The notes under the pieces: generated by a model
The model's database searches: none
Told to the model about the DNA's origin: nothing
What the model saw: only the letters and a program-made list of their open reading frames with translations
Part shown: positions 25,244 to 36,237 of the stretch, piece after piece
How positions within the stretch are numbered: the stretch's first letter is position 1
Layout: each line of letters starts with the position of its first letter
Made by a program: the position numbers and the translations under genes
NCBI GenBank assembly: GCA_022813865.1
Contig: JALDZX010000025.1
Span: 248,001 to 312,000 of the forward strand
DNA: 64,000 bases
Origin: Xylographa opegraphella
Taxonomy: Eukaryota
Direction: 5' to 3'

Positions 25244-25286
25244 GCAGCTGTGGCTGTGGCTATGGCTGTGGCTATGGCTATGGGTG
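25244..25286 (+). repeat. Hexamer microsatellite (GGCTRT)n
   Basis: gctgtggctgtggctatggctgtggctatggctatgg. Confidence 0.8.
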
Positions 25287-25719
25287 TGAAAATGCGGTTG
25301 AGGGATCTATGGTGTGTGTATGAGAGGATGGAGATCCGGTAGAGCAAGGAGATCAAGAGGTATATTCCAGGCGGGGGGGGGGGCCAGGAAGGAAGGTACG
25401 GAATGGGGAATACGAAGCTATCAACAACGAAGCGCGCCAATTGCGCAGATATATAGATACGGTAATGAATGTGATTATCACGGAGCACAACCACCCGGAA
25501 AATTAGAGAATCAGTAGAAGCCCAGGAATAATTAACCTCTAAGCACTATCAACTATGGTAGAAAACATCAAAGGCCTCTATCACAACCGAGCACAAAGCC
25601 GCCCGGACACGATCAGAAAGCGAAACAATCATCTTCCCAACGCGTCGAGTTCCTATTCGCTGAAACTTTAATATGCACAGCAAGCTCCCCTCCCATCTTC
25701 TCCACCCCAACCCCCCCCC

Positions 25720-27609
25720 TCACCACGTAAACGCCTCCTCCCAAAAATCCACCACCCCACCCCCTTCCAATCCCCTCACCGCAGCCCTCACATCATCCGC
25801 GAAAGCCCCAGGCCCACACACCCCGACGGTCATGGCGCCCACCCGCTTCCGCCACGCCTCCTCGACGAGCCACTGCGGCCTGGGCCGCCCGGGGAACATC
25901 TTGACGCGCTCGCTGGCGCTGCGGATCTCGTACGTCTCGTTCGGCTTGGTGATGAAGAGCAGCACGTGGAGCGCCTCCCTGCGACCGGGCATGCCGAGGA
26001 TTTCGTCCATCCACGGCCGCACCCACTCGAGCTGCTCCGTGGAGCGGACCGTCCACACAAGGGTGATGCGTCGCGCGGCCGTTGTGCCGGCGGCGTAGGC
26101 GGCGAGGAGAGCACGGACGTGGCCGAGCTGGTGCGTGATGCCAGCGCCGCCGGCGAAGAGGAGGACGGTGCCATAGGAGTGGAGGGAGTGCGCGGGGCCG
26201 TAGGGCCCTTCGACCAGGCCGGAAATTTGGATGGTGCGGGAAGGGGTCGAGGCTGCGAGTGCGTAGAGGGAGGCCGTCATACCGGAGCGTTTGGCGATAA
26301 CGAAGGAGAGGGAGTTGCAGGGCCGGGATGGGAGGGCGAAGTCGGCGGTCGAGGTGGGAAGTTTCTCGTCGGCTGGATGATAACCGCGAGTGGAGGACCA
26401 AGCGATGGAAAAGGGGTGAGACATCCACAGCGAGACCGCTGGAAGGTAGATGTAAGCGTGCATACCGGGGTTGTAGGACCAGGGGCGTGGCAAGAAGCAG
26501 GTCACGCGGCAGGCCTCGCCGGGAAGTGCCTCAACAATGACTTTGGTGAGTCCTTGGCGGAGGGAGACATTTCGGTAGAGGATGCGCGCCCAGCGAAGTA
26601 GGCGGTCGTAGGACCATATGCAGATGTTCGCAATAACATATTGGAGCTGGGGAAGGAGGCCAAGTTTGGCGTGGTAGAAGATACCGAGGAGGGCGAAGAA
26701 TGCGAGGACTTGGTGGCAGTGGAGGAAGGTTTCGTAGAAAGCGTGACGGATGGCGGAAGGGGATTGGAAGAGAATGATGAGTAAGGCAACAGTTCCTATC
26801 AGTCCGAATTGGATAAACGAACTTGTTGCGAACGCTGCATTGATGCCTTCCCAGCCCTTTGCCGCATGCTCGTTGACGCCCCAAGCGATAGTGTGTACTA
26901 GAGCTTCGATGATGACTATCCGGCCACCCCAGCGATGGAAAAGATTGAAAGTGTCGAACGAGAGGCCGAATATCGAGATGAGCGGGTTGTTTCTGCCTGC
27001 GAAGACAAAAACCAGGACCGCATTGACGACGCTCAAGTGACCAGTTCGCCCACGGATTTCTGCCCAAACGGCAGCTTTGTCGATGACCGAATAGTCCAGT
27101 AGGAGAGTGTAAACAATGTTGCTTGCGAAGTAGAGACCAAGCAGTAGCGTGTCAAATCTTGAAGGGATCGTGCCCACGTTGATTGCTTTCGACAGTTGTA
27201 ATTCTCGGTTATGCCGCCTGTTGCCCAACGGCGCATATAGCAAGTCTCGCTTCGCCGTAGACCAATAAGATCCACCATCTTGTGACCAGTATTTCTCGAG
27301 GCCAGCAGAACTCTCGCTCATGCTTGTGAGATGTCGTAGGTGTGCAACACCGGCTTGCACAAGCCTTATTACCAGGATAGCAAGGAAGACAATGGCTATC
27401 GAGGTGAACAGACCTTTGCTAGAAGAGGATAGAGTCAGCATTTGTTCATCAGTCCTAATTATCTTGGGATCGTACCTTGATAGATTGTCGACAGGGACGT
27501 CGACACCATTCAAGCCATAGGTGTATGGCAGCACAGTTGCCTCCGCCATGGCGGAGACGGGAATACCATTTGTCATGGTTGCCATTTTGATTCGAGTGGG
27601 TGGTGGCAT
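25720..27609 (-). CDS. Ferric/cupric reductase (FRE family flavocytochrome)
   Basis: RNNPL, FNLFHRW, YETFLHCHQ...IFYH heme histidines, HPFS FAD motif, VEGPYG, FAGGAGIT, VCGPGAF, terminal EEAFTW; intronless. Confidence 0.95.
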   Translation of the reverse strand: MPPPTRIKMATMTNGIPVSAMAEATVLPYTYGLNGVDVPVDNLSRYDPKIIRTDEQMLTLSSSSKGLFTSIAIVFLAILVIRLVQAGVAHLRHLTSMSESSAGLEKYWSQDGGSYWSTAKRDLLYAPLGNRRHNRELQLSKAINVGTIPSRFDTLLLGLYFASNIVYTLLLDYSVIDKAAVWAEIRGRTGHLSVVNAVLVFVFAGRNNPLISIFGLSFDTFNLFHRWGGRIVIIEALVHTIAWGVNEHAAKGWEGINAAFATSSFIQFGLIGTVALLIILFQSPSAIRHAFYETFLHCHQVLAFFALLGIFYHAKLGLLPQLQYVIANICIWSYDRLLRWARILYRNVSLRQGLTKVIVEALPGEACRVTCFLPRPWSYNPGMHAYIYLPAVSLWMSHPFSIAWSSTRGYHPADEKLPTSTADFALPSRPCNSLSFVIAKRSGMTASLYALAASTPSRTIQISGLVEGPYGPAHSLHSYGTVLLFAGGAGITHQLGHVRALLAAYAAGTTAARRITLVWTVRSTEQLEWVRPWMDEILGMPGRREALHVLLFITKPNETYEIRSASERVKMFPGRPRPQWLVEEAWRKRVGAMTVGVCGPGAFADDVRAAVRGLEGGGVVDFWEEAFTW

Positions 27610-29040
27610 CGACCGTGGATGTACAGAGTTGGTTATGTTACAGGTTCGAAGGTTGCTTGTACGGTCGACGTACTCAGAGATGACTCGAGAAAGAACGATG
27701 GATCGTCAATAATCGATGAGTCTCAAGGTAACGGATGACGTGCGCCGAAAGATTAAGATTAGAATAGAGTAAAGGACGATGAGTGGTGATGAAAGAGTGA
27801 GGATGTATCAAGTATAACAGACAAGTCTTGAACAATCAATATTCATCAACGATGTCTCAATAGAAGCTTTGTTGCTCACAATCCTATTGTGAACAAACGT
27901 CAGTTGAAGAGTCGTAACAATGGCAACAATAGCATTCACAATCTTCAACAAAGAGTCTTGTTCCGAACGCGAGAAAGCACCATTGTGGAGAGTTTTTTCG
28001 ATTTCGAGAACTGCCTGGTTTGTTTCGCTGTGAGAAGATGCTGGTGGTTCATCACACAGGATTATAACAAAGCAGAATAACACGCGAACGGAAAGCGCAA
28101 TATTGCTGCCAGCAGCAACTGCAAAAAGCAAAAGTTTGTACGACAATCTTAGAAGAGAAGAATCGTAAAAGTAGTAAGACCGTGGCATAGTGGGCAACGC
28201 GGCCTGATCAGCGGTCCACCACGAGTAGGGACCTCGAGTAGTATGCTTGAAGAGCCCGTTTGCCCTCGAAGGTGCCGTACGTCCGAAGATCAAGGATGAA
28301 ACTGGAACACATGGACGTAATTTATCGTTAACACAACGTTCCAAGCTCCTCCATTCGCACCATGTGGTGAAGCGTTGAATCATCTAGTCTAAGGTCTTTC
28401 ACTGGGCCGCAGGGACGTTGAACATTCCCGAGCCCCACTTCACGTCTGCAGAAGAGACGTTGACCGGCTCGAGTTTGGCCATCGATCGGCCGGTACTCTC
28501 ACATCATAGATGCAAAGCCGTCCTTGCGGTTTCGAAGCACTGGGGACGAGAGTGATGAGTGGTGGTTAGAAGTTGTTTGCCGATTTGCCATTAGCGTGAC
28601 GTGCTAAAGACTGCGGCTCGAAACAAAGACGTGCCGAATCTCTCACGAGTGAAACAAGGCATTCATTGGCTGGACTCGAGCCGCGACGTGTTTGACATTT
28701 CACCACCTAGTTCGTGACCTTAGATCTATAAAGCACTAAATGTCCATTCAGGTGATGTTTACACCTACTACTATCACTGGTGAATGCAGTATGCTTGACG
28801 GCGAAGCTATGTTCCGAAATAGAATCTAATTAAGAAGCAGAGATACCAATACAATGTCCGAAAGCGGTCTATAAGAACAAGAGTAAGCTCCTCGGTGCAA
28901 AAGTGGGTATCTATGAATGATGACAACGAATCCAAGGCCCAGAGAAGCCGAAGGCTCCTATCCAACCTTCGATATCCAGCTTTTCGAAAATGGCGCACTC
29001 TAGATAGAAGCACCAACCAACTCCCTCACGGAAGATACCT

Positions 29041-32000
29041 TCAAGCCAACAACTTCTCGATATCGTGTAGTCGTGCTGTCTTCCCTCCAGTCCTCTTGCT
29101 GCTCTTCTCCTGAAATGCCGTCATCATCAACTTCCGCTTCTCCGCCTGGATTTCGAGAGTCCGCACCTCGATGCTCCCCTCCATCACGAGGCGCCACACC
29201 GTCGTCTTTTTCTTCTGTCCCAGCCGATGGACCCGATCCACGGCTTGATCCTCAATCGCCGGAGCCCACCATGAGTCCATCAGGATGACTTGATTCGCAG
29301 CCACAAAGTTCAGGCCGACAGCACAAACTCCAAGGCTGGCCAGCATGATCGTGCAGTCCGGATCCGAGTCGAGAGCTTGCAGCGCCTCGTCCCGGCGAGC
29401 GGCCGGCATTTTCCCATCGATCCGAGTGTAGCGGTAGCCGTGTTCGTCAAGCTGTTTCTGCACGATGTCCAGGAATGATGTCCACTGGCTGAAGAGGATA
29501 ATCTTGGTGCCTTGCTTGCGATGTGATGCTTTGAGAATGCTGAGCAGCGCTTCGATCTTGCTGCTGCTTGTGTCAAAATCGATGTCCTGATCCTTATCCG
29601 TGGACTCTCCGAATTCTGCTGCAGGCTGGACAAGGCACATCTCGCCCTTGAGCTCGGCGCGACACATCGGGCACTTGTGCTGTGTGTCGATGACTCGCTT
29701 GATACAATCAGTACCAAAAACATGTGCGCAATGAGTGATGACGGGGCTGTGATTGTGCAAGTCGTCAAGACAGATCGGACAGTCTTCACGAGACTCGATA
29801 CTTAATTGGAGCATGTCTTGTAGCGCCTTCCGGTTCTCCGGCGTAAGATCTACCACCTTCTGGTCTTCCAATAAAGCCATGAGGGAGGTGACGCGCTCTG
29901 CACATAGATTCCAGTGGTTACAGACTTGTCGGAGTCGGAGTAAGATTTCCAGAAGATGGCGGTACGCTTCTTGCGCCTGCTTACCGTTGCCATGGTGTGT
30001 TCTATTCTGATACGTCTGAAGAAGCCCCTTTGCTTGAGTTTGCAAAGCATCATACTTCTCTTTTTCATGAGGAAAAAACTTGACACGGTGGACGTACTCA
30101 GTCAGCTCGGGTAGTCGCAAATCAATGAATGGCATTTCCTTGTGCCGGCGTAGACATATAGTCCCCATGAGAGCTTGAAGCAGCAGTGTTGCGTCTTCGC
30201 GTCCTGCCTTGAGTGGTCGGATGAGAACACTATTGAAGATCTCGAAGTGCTGAAGACCGCCAGTCAAACCTATGAATCTGACCAGTGAGTATAGGTCCTT
30301 GAGGCTGTTTATGATAGGTGTCCCAGTTAAGACCCATCTATTGGTAGCCAGAATACGTGTGGCGGCCAATGCTCCTTTCGTGGATGGATTACGGATATTA
30401 TGCCCTTCATCAAGAACAATGCGGCGCCAATTCACCGAATACAAGCCGGAGCTGCGAGGAATTTCTGGTGGAGTTTTCTTACCACTTGGCAGGTACTCGG
30501 TCGAAAGAGTGCCGTAAGTTGTAATTACGACGTCGTACTCCGCAAAATCGCTTGGCTTCAATGCTTTCCGCCCGCTTCCGTGATAGGTCAGAACGCGAAG
30601 AGGCTTGTCCTTCTGCACATGCTGTGCGATCTGTGTTGGCAACATTAGCATCTCCAGGAAATATCAAAGCTACCCATGCAACATACTTGTCCACTCCAAT
30701 TACTCATAACACTCAGCGGGGCTACGATGAGTGTAGCCAAGGATCCATCTTTTGGGGTTGTTTTAACGGACTCACAGCTGGCCAGATCGGCTACGATTAA
30801 GGCTATGACCTCAAGTGTCTTGCCCAGACCCATGTCATCAGCCAGAATACCGCCCTTTGCTAGCTCGGGCATCGTGTTCTTCATTGAAAATTTGGTAGCA
30901 ATGTTGGTAAAGACACCGGCTTCGGTCGTTGAACGTTTCCATAATTGCACTACATCAACAGAACCAACGGGAGGTAGTTGAGGATTCTCCTTCTCCTGTA
31001 GCCAGGCTAGACCTTGACATTGATAAGGCAAAAGACTTGTAGCTAGTCTCTTTGGCGCCTTGGCCATGGGCATTTGTGAAAGGGCATCTTCCCCAGCACC
31101 AAACTTCTCCACCACTTCTCCCATCTTTTGGGGATTGAATCGCTCGCTCTCGATCATGATATCCTCCAAGCTTTGCTGAATGGGTTCATGCAAGCCTTGT
31201 GATGAACTTCCGGCGTATTGCCCCTGACTACTCCCATAGTCCCATTGTTGACTGCTGGACACTTTTGTAGACCCGGTCCCTTTCTTAGCAACTTTTTTCA
31301 ATTCCGCCGTCCTTCGTCTCTTCGCTTCCTTCTCTTTCTCTTTGATTGCGTCCAATGGTAGCTTGTCTGCCTTCATCCTGTTTACTAGCTCCTCCTGCCT
31401 GGCGGGGTCGCTTGTGCCAAAGAGACAGATCGAAACAGGACAATCATATTCCCCTACTCCAATCAGCGTACCGTCAACTAAGAGATCTCCTGCATCTATG
31501 TAAGGTGCGAGTTTCTCCGCCACGTAGCGAGGAATGTGTCCAATCTGGTCCCTCTGGACGTTGTCGACTCGGATTGCATTCGAGTCATACTGATTGGTAG
31601 GCTGCCTCCGAACAATGACATGCTCCCCGATGGTAGCATGACCTCTGTAATATTGAACGCCGACTATTTTGGTAAAGAGTGTACCATACAACTCTAGCAT
31701 GTCATCCGCCCCTGAATATCCATCGTCTTGGGTGGTGGTGAGCAGCTCATCCGCATTCGCCTCAGCACCGTCGTCTCCCGATCGATTTGGCTGCGCCTGA
31801 CTGTTTGGAGCTGTGATGCCCTCTGTCCTTGGGATCTTGCGCGATTGACTAGTCGAAGGCTGTTCGTCATTGCTTCCTGTAAGGTCCAATACCTCGACAG
31901 CACGGCGCTTGCCATTTGCATTGTGACTCATATTTGGGTTGAGTGCCGTGTTTGCACTACGGTCATGCAGCACAGTGTTCGGACGCCGTGATGGAGCCAT
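29041..32000 (-). CDS. HLTF/Rad5-like SNF2 helicase with HIRAN and RING domains
   Basis: HIRAN (KIVGVQYY..NQYDSNAIRV..IGHIPR), GGILADDMGLGKT, VLDEGH, RING CPIC..CAHVF..C..CPMCR, QAVDRVHRLGQ; intron 30631-30686. Confidence 0.95.
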
Positions 32001-32749
32001 GACGTGTTTATGTTGGCCTGCGATAGGAATGATAAGTTCGGATTTCCCCGGAACTCTCGCGTTGTTGTGACATGTTTGGATAAGGCTTAGCGCCACACAC
32101 GAGGTCACGTTTGGAGGCCTCAGGGGCTTCCGACCCCTGCCTCCTGTCCCATGTTCTTATTTGACCCTCGTCTGCCATTGTATTATGTTCTCTATTCTAT
32201 TTTCTGTATCTAAATCACTTCCTCGGCTGAAGAATACTATGTGGAATTCAAAATTCATGTCATCGGTATCTGCCGTTTACTCATATGCTCACTGGGCATT
32301 GTGGAACATGGCCCTTGCTTCTCCGATTGGGTAGACTTTGAATTGGAGCAATTCTATAAAATAGCTTACATCGACCTGATGAAGGTATACTCTTAAATTA
32401 TCAGTCGGCCAAACATACTTACTGTATACGTTACGGCTCGACTCTTTCAAGAGTCCCGGTAGTGAAATCCGTGCGAAGGTCCGTTTACTTGACGATGTAA
32501 TCCAAGCGCCATTGTTACTGGAGAATCTTCCTTCCCAGCTGAGGTCCTCCGACTATGAATTGATGCTCCCACTCGCTAGCTTGTGAACCTTGGCGAATAG
32601 TTCATGGACGGAGAGCGTCCCGTTCATGACAACGAGCACCCATCACATATGAAGACCTAGCAAGTTTTCGAGAGCCTCTGCCAACGCATCCTGCGCCATG
32701 GAGACCACCAAACAAGTAGTTAATGCTGTTCCAAATGCAAAACGCGTTC

Positions 32750-33379
32750 TTAAGAAGCCAGCCTGGGTGCAATTGTAGTCACCACGAGCGCTCGAGCGGC
32801 GTCCGCTGCTTTTGTGGCTAACTCCACTTGGTCCTTCTGCGCCTTTACTCTTGTAGCAGCTGTCGTATGCGTAGGAGACGGTGCTGCTGAAGCGGTACTG
32901 GCATGCCTAAAGAGATTGATTAGCTGAACAAGAGATCGTTGTCAAGAGAACCCGCTCGCTAACTCTCAGCGCTGTAGTCTCAGGCAACAGGGTATGTCAG
33001 GCATAGGGTGCTCGTTGTTGATTTCGACGAATAGGTATTGGGTAACATAGTTGCAACGCATAGGGTCGGATGTAGAGACTGTTCAAGCTTGGGCTCATGC
33101 GAACGTGGATCATGTATCAATATAAATTCGTCTCACACCCGGTTCCGTATACGGGTCCCAGTATGGGTGAAGAGCGGAAGTGATACATATCAGAGGGACG
33201 TTTTTGGAATAGATGGTACCGTTGTCACTCCTCGTAACAGACTCTTCCACCAGAGCGTCCTCAGCCAAATGCTCTTGGTGTAGTATTGTGTTGAAAATCA
33301 TGCCTGGCTTGTACTCTGCTCTGTCTGCTACTCGGTTTTTCACGACCTCTTTCTTGATGGCGGGCAATCGTGGATGCAT
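32750..33379 (-). pseudogene. Disrupted gene of a small fungal hypothetical-protein family
   Basis: MHPRLP..YKPGMIF..IYSKNVPLI, frameshift, YVSLPLFTHTG..*DEFILIHDPRS..LTYPVA*DYS..*..GSLDND, second frameshift, LVQLINLFRH; in-frame stops at about 33133, 32980, 32959; 3' boundary approximate. Confidence 0.6.
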
Positions 33380-33478
33380 TGTTTTTTTTTCTTTTTTCTT
33401 TTTGGACGTAATAAGATGAACGAGGAGTTGCAGCATGACTTCGGGGAGCTTTCAATGTGAGTCGACTGAGCGTACTTA

Positions 33479-35214
33479 ATGGGTATTGCGACGTTTGTCC
33501 GCCTTTCTAAGTTGGCTTGCAGACTGCTTATAAGACTTGTCGATTGCTTCCGATTCGCAGGATCGAAGACAAAGAAACACGAAACAGTAGGTAGACACCA
33601 TTCAAACATACACAATTACTACTAGCAACTCTTCAACGAACAACCTTTTCTAAAGTGGAGCTACAATTCTAGCCCATTGAGGCTTGTATTAGACAAGCTC
33701 AGAAAACAGCGCCCACCTGAAGCTACACATATCATGGATCGTGCGCAATGGCTAGTCAGGGAGACGCTCCACAGGGTCCGTATATCAGCACTCCATCGCT
33801 TGTTTCACGAAGGACATCATACAGAAGCTTCGAAAGTCAACGGCATCATTTTGCGACAGTATCAACAAACCCGCAACTCTCTCGACGACTTGGAGCGGGG
33901 AATTCGAGAATTGGGACCAGAAACACCTCAGCCAACGACCGTGCGCGATGCTGGAGCACAAAACTCAAAAGCTTTAATACAACTTGACGAAGTACCAAGC
34001 GTCCTGAATTCTACGAAACAAACAGAAGAACCCTTCACTGACTCTTACAATAGCCCACCCTCAATTCAAGCGGTGCTCAATGGAGATACGCCGGCAGCCT
34101 TGTGCAGCCGAGAGAAGAAGCAGCCTGGCAAATCAGCGGCAGCAATAGACAAGTCTACAAACATTCCTGTCTTGCTACTACAACCTGGTCTAATGTATAT
34201 GATGGAACATATAAGATCGTCAACGCAGGTTGTCTATTGCCTTGAAGAGAAACGCAGAAACGCAGTCCAAGCGATCCAGACCACCTACGAAGACAAAGCT
34301 GTGTCATCAGAAGCTCTGAAGACGACCTTGAATGATGAAGAACAAATCAGTGACACAGTACACGAAAAAGAGATGACAGAGGATGCTAAGAATGATGCAT
34401 GGAGAGAAGTGCTTCTTATGGATCAGACAATTTCAAACGAAAGGAAGAATCTTGATTTGACACGAATGGCGTTTCTCAGTACGATCGAGCGTGCGCTGTC
34501 GGAAGCGCAGCTCCTGAAGCAGATACCTGATAAAGACGAAGCTTGGAAAGCGAGGGAACAGCTCTACAATCGCTCAATGCCAGCATTACCAACCAACAAA
34601 ACTGCCAGTGTTAGTGTTGTTAGTGCTGACAATCTTTTCCGTCGCGCAGCTCTGGCCAATCTCAGTGAAGTTCATAACCTATATATGGACCACTTGGATC
34701 AATTTGAAAACCGCGGCGGGATGTACGAAAATGACTTCCGTGAGTATAGGCAGGCTTTCAACGAGGGTGCATGCTCTCTTACCATGACTGATTTCGACCG
34801 AACCTATGTGAGGAACATCACGAACCTTACACGGGGTCTTCAGAAGGCCGAAGTAGCCTATGATACAGCTCTGCAGCAAGCCCGCCGCTTAGGGCTCCTC
34901 GAGAATGATACGGGCAAGAATCGGATTCTATTTCGGATGTCTCGGATGGTTACAGAGAGAGCTTCGAGGCCAGTATCTGTGCCCGGGTGAACCGACGGAT
35001 TATCGAGCGATGGAATGAGGAAGTTTTGATAGCCATGCCAACGGGAGTCAACTGCCTGGACACTCGAAGTCTCCATTTAGAGCAAGTGGACATGGCAGAG
35101 GTTGACCAATGGGATGCGAAATCGGTCGGTCTCTCGAGTAGTGTGAGCATGAAAGACGCGACTCGGAACAAACGACGTATCGATCGCTGGCGGCAGCAAT
35201 GCGAGCTACGATAG
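33479..35214 (+). pseudogene. Disrupted coiled-coil hypothetical protein gene
   Basis: ATG 33479 is in frame with the 33677-34990 ORF but a TAG lies at 33623; a frameshift near 34910 continues as QESDSISDVSDGYRESFE..VNRRIIERW.. to the stop at 35214. Confidence 0.6.
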
Positions 35215-36237
35215 AGTGTACAAACAGCAGTTGTAAGCGAATGGCTTGATGAAAACAATTAGCATCAGAGGATTATCTTGACTGTACATGAGTGACTGTT
35301 CAGACACAGCAAAGTGGCCAAATGTAGAAATTAGATTGGAAGAAGATGTGCGAATTGTCATGTGGGAGAATGTTCCGAAACGCGCCAAGGTGTCACACCT
35401 CTTCAAGGCTGATGGTTCTACGCTATGCCTATGATGGCGAAACCCTAAATGGGACGGTAAGCTTGATCATATCACCGAAAACAATGGCATATTGGTTTCT
35501 GTTATCACTTCATTTGAATTCTACTCTTTAGAAATATATACAGATAGGAGCCGCAAAGTTCCAATAAGCTGAACCAGACCAAAGAGGACCTGTCCGGTCT
35601 GCTATGGCAGGTTTTGTTGGACCACGCGACTAGCCAAGCCCAAATGAAATAGGGGGGTCAGTTTAGAAGCAACAACCCGGTTTTGAAATAATGGTTCTTG
35701 CCCTACGGATACTGATATGGTTAAAATGGGACCAGAGTTAAGAAACAACTTCGGTTGCAGTCGTCATAGAGGATTATCATGATCTTGATGGATATAAAAG
35801 TACGCGAGAGCAAATAACCATCCGGTTGCCACTTCATGACTCTGAATCATGAAGAGCTTGACCGCACAAGTGTGAGATAGAAACCACCGTTACGGCATAC
35901 GGCAGTCTAGGCAGCAGACGGAAAGCGCATTTAAAGGCACAAGCTACTGCCTCTGGGTGCCCGAGGAAGCAAGCATGATCCAACTTGATGTATTTAAATG
36001 TAACCGGAACGAATTAAAATATGCTGATGAATGAAAGTATAAGTACAACGGTACGAAATTGGCATGCGAGCTAAGACTTCGGACGGTAACCTCATTGTAG
36101 AATACCAACCAGCAGCAAGTTACCTGTAGGCTATTCGAAGAAGCTACCGAAGGGTAGTTCATTCGACCGTACGCATGAATGAAACGTCCAGCAATTAAGA
36201 AATTTTTACCTTCAGATCCGCGGTTCCTCAAGGCTTT

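Noticed and set aside
27865..27880. TTGCTCA resembling a Mac1 copper-response site upstream of the ferric reductase
   Set aside because: Single imperfect short match, expected by chance
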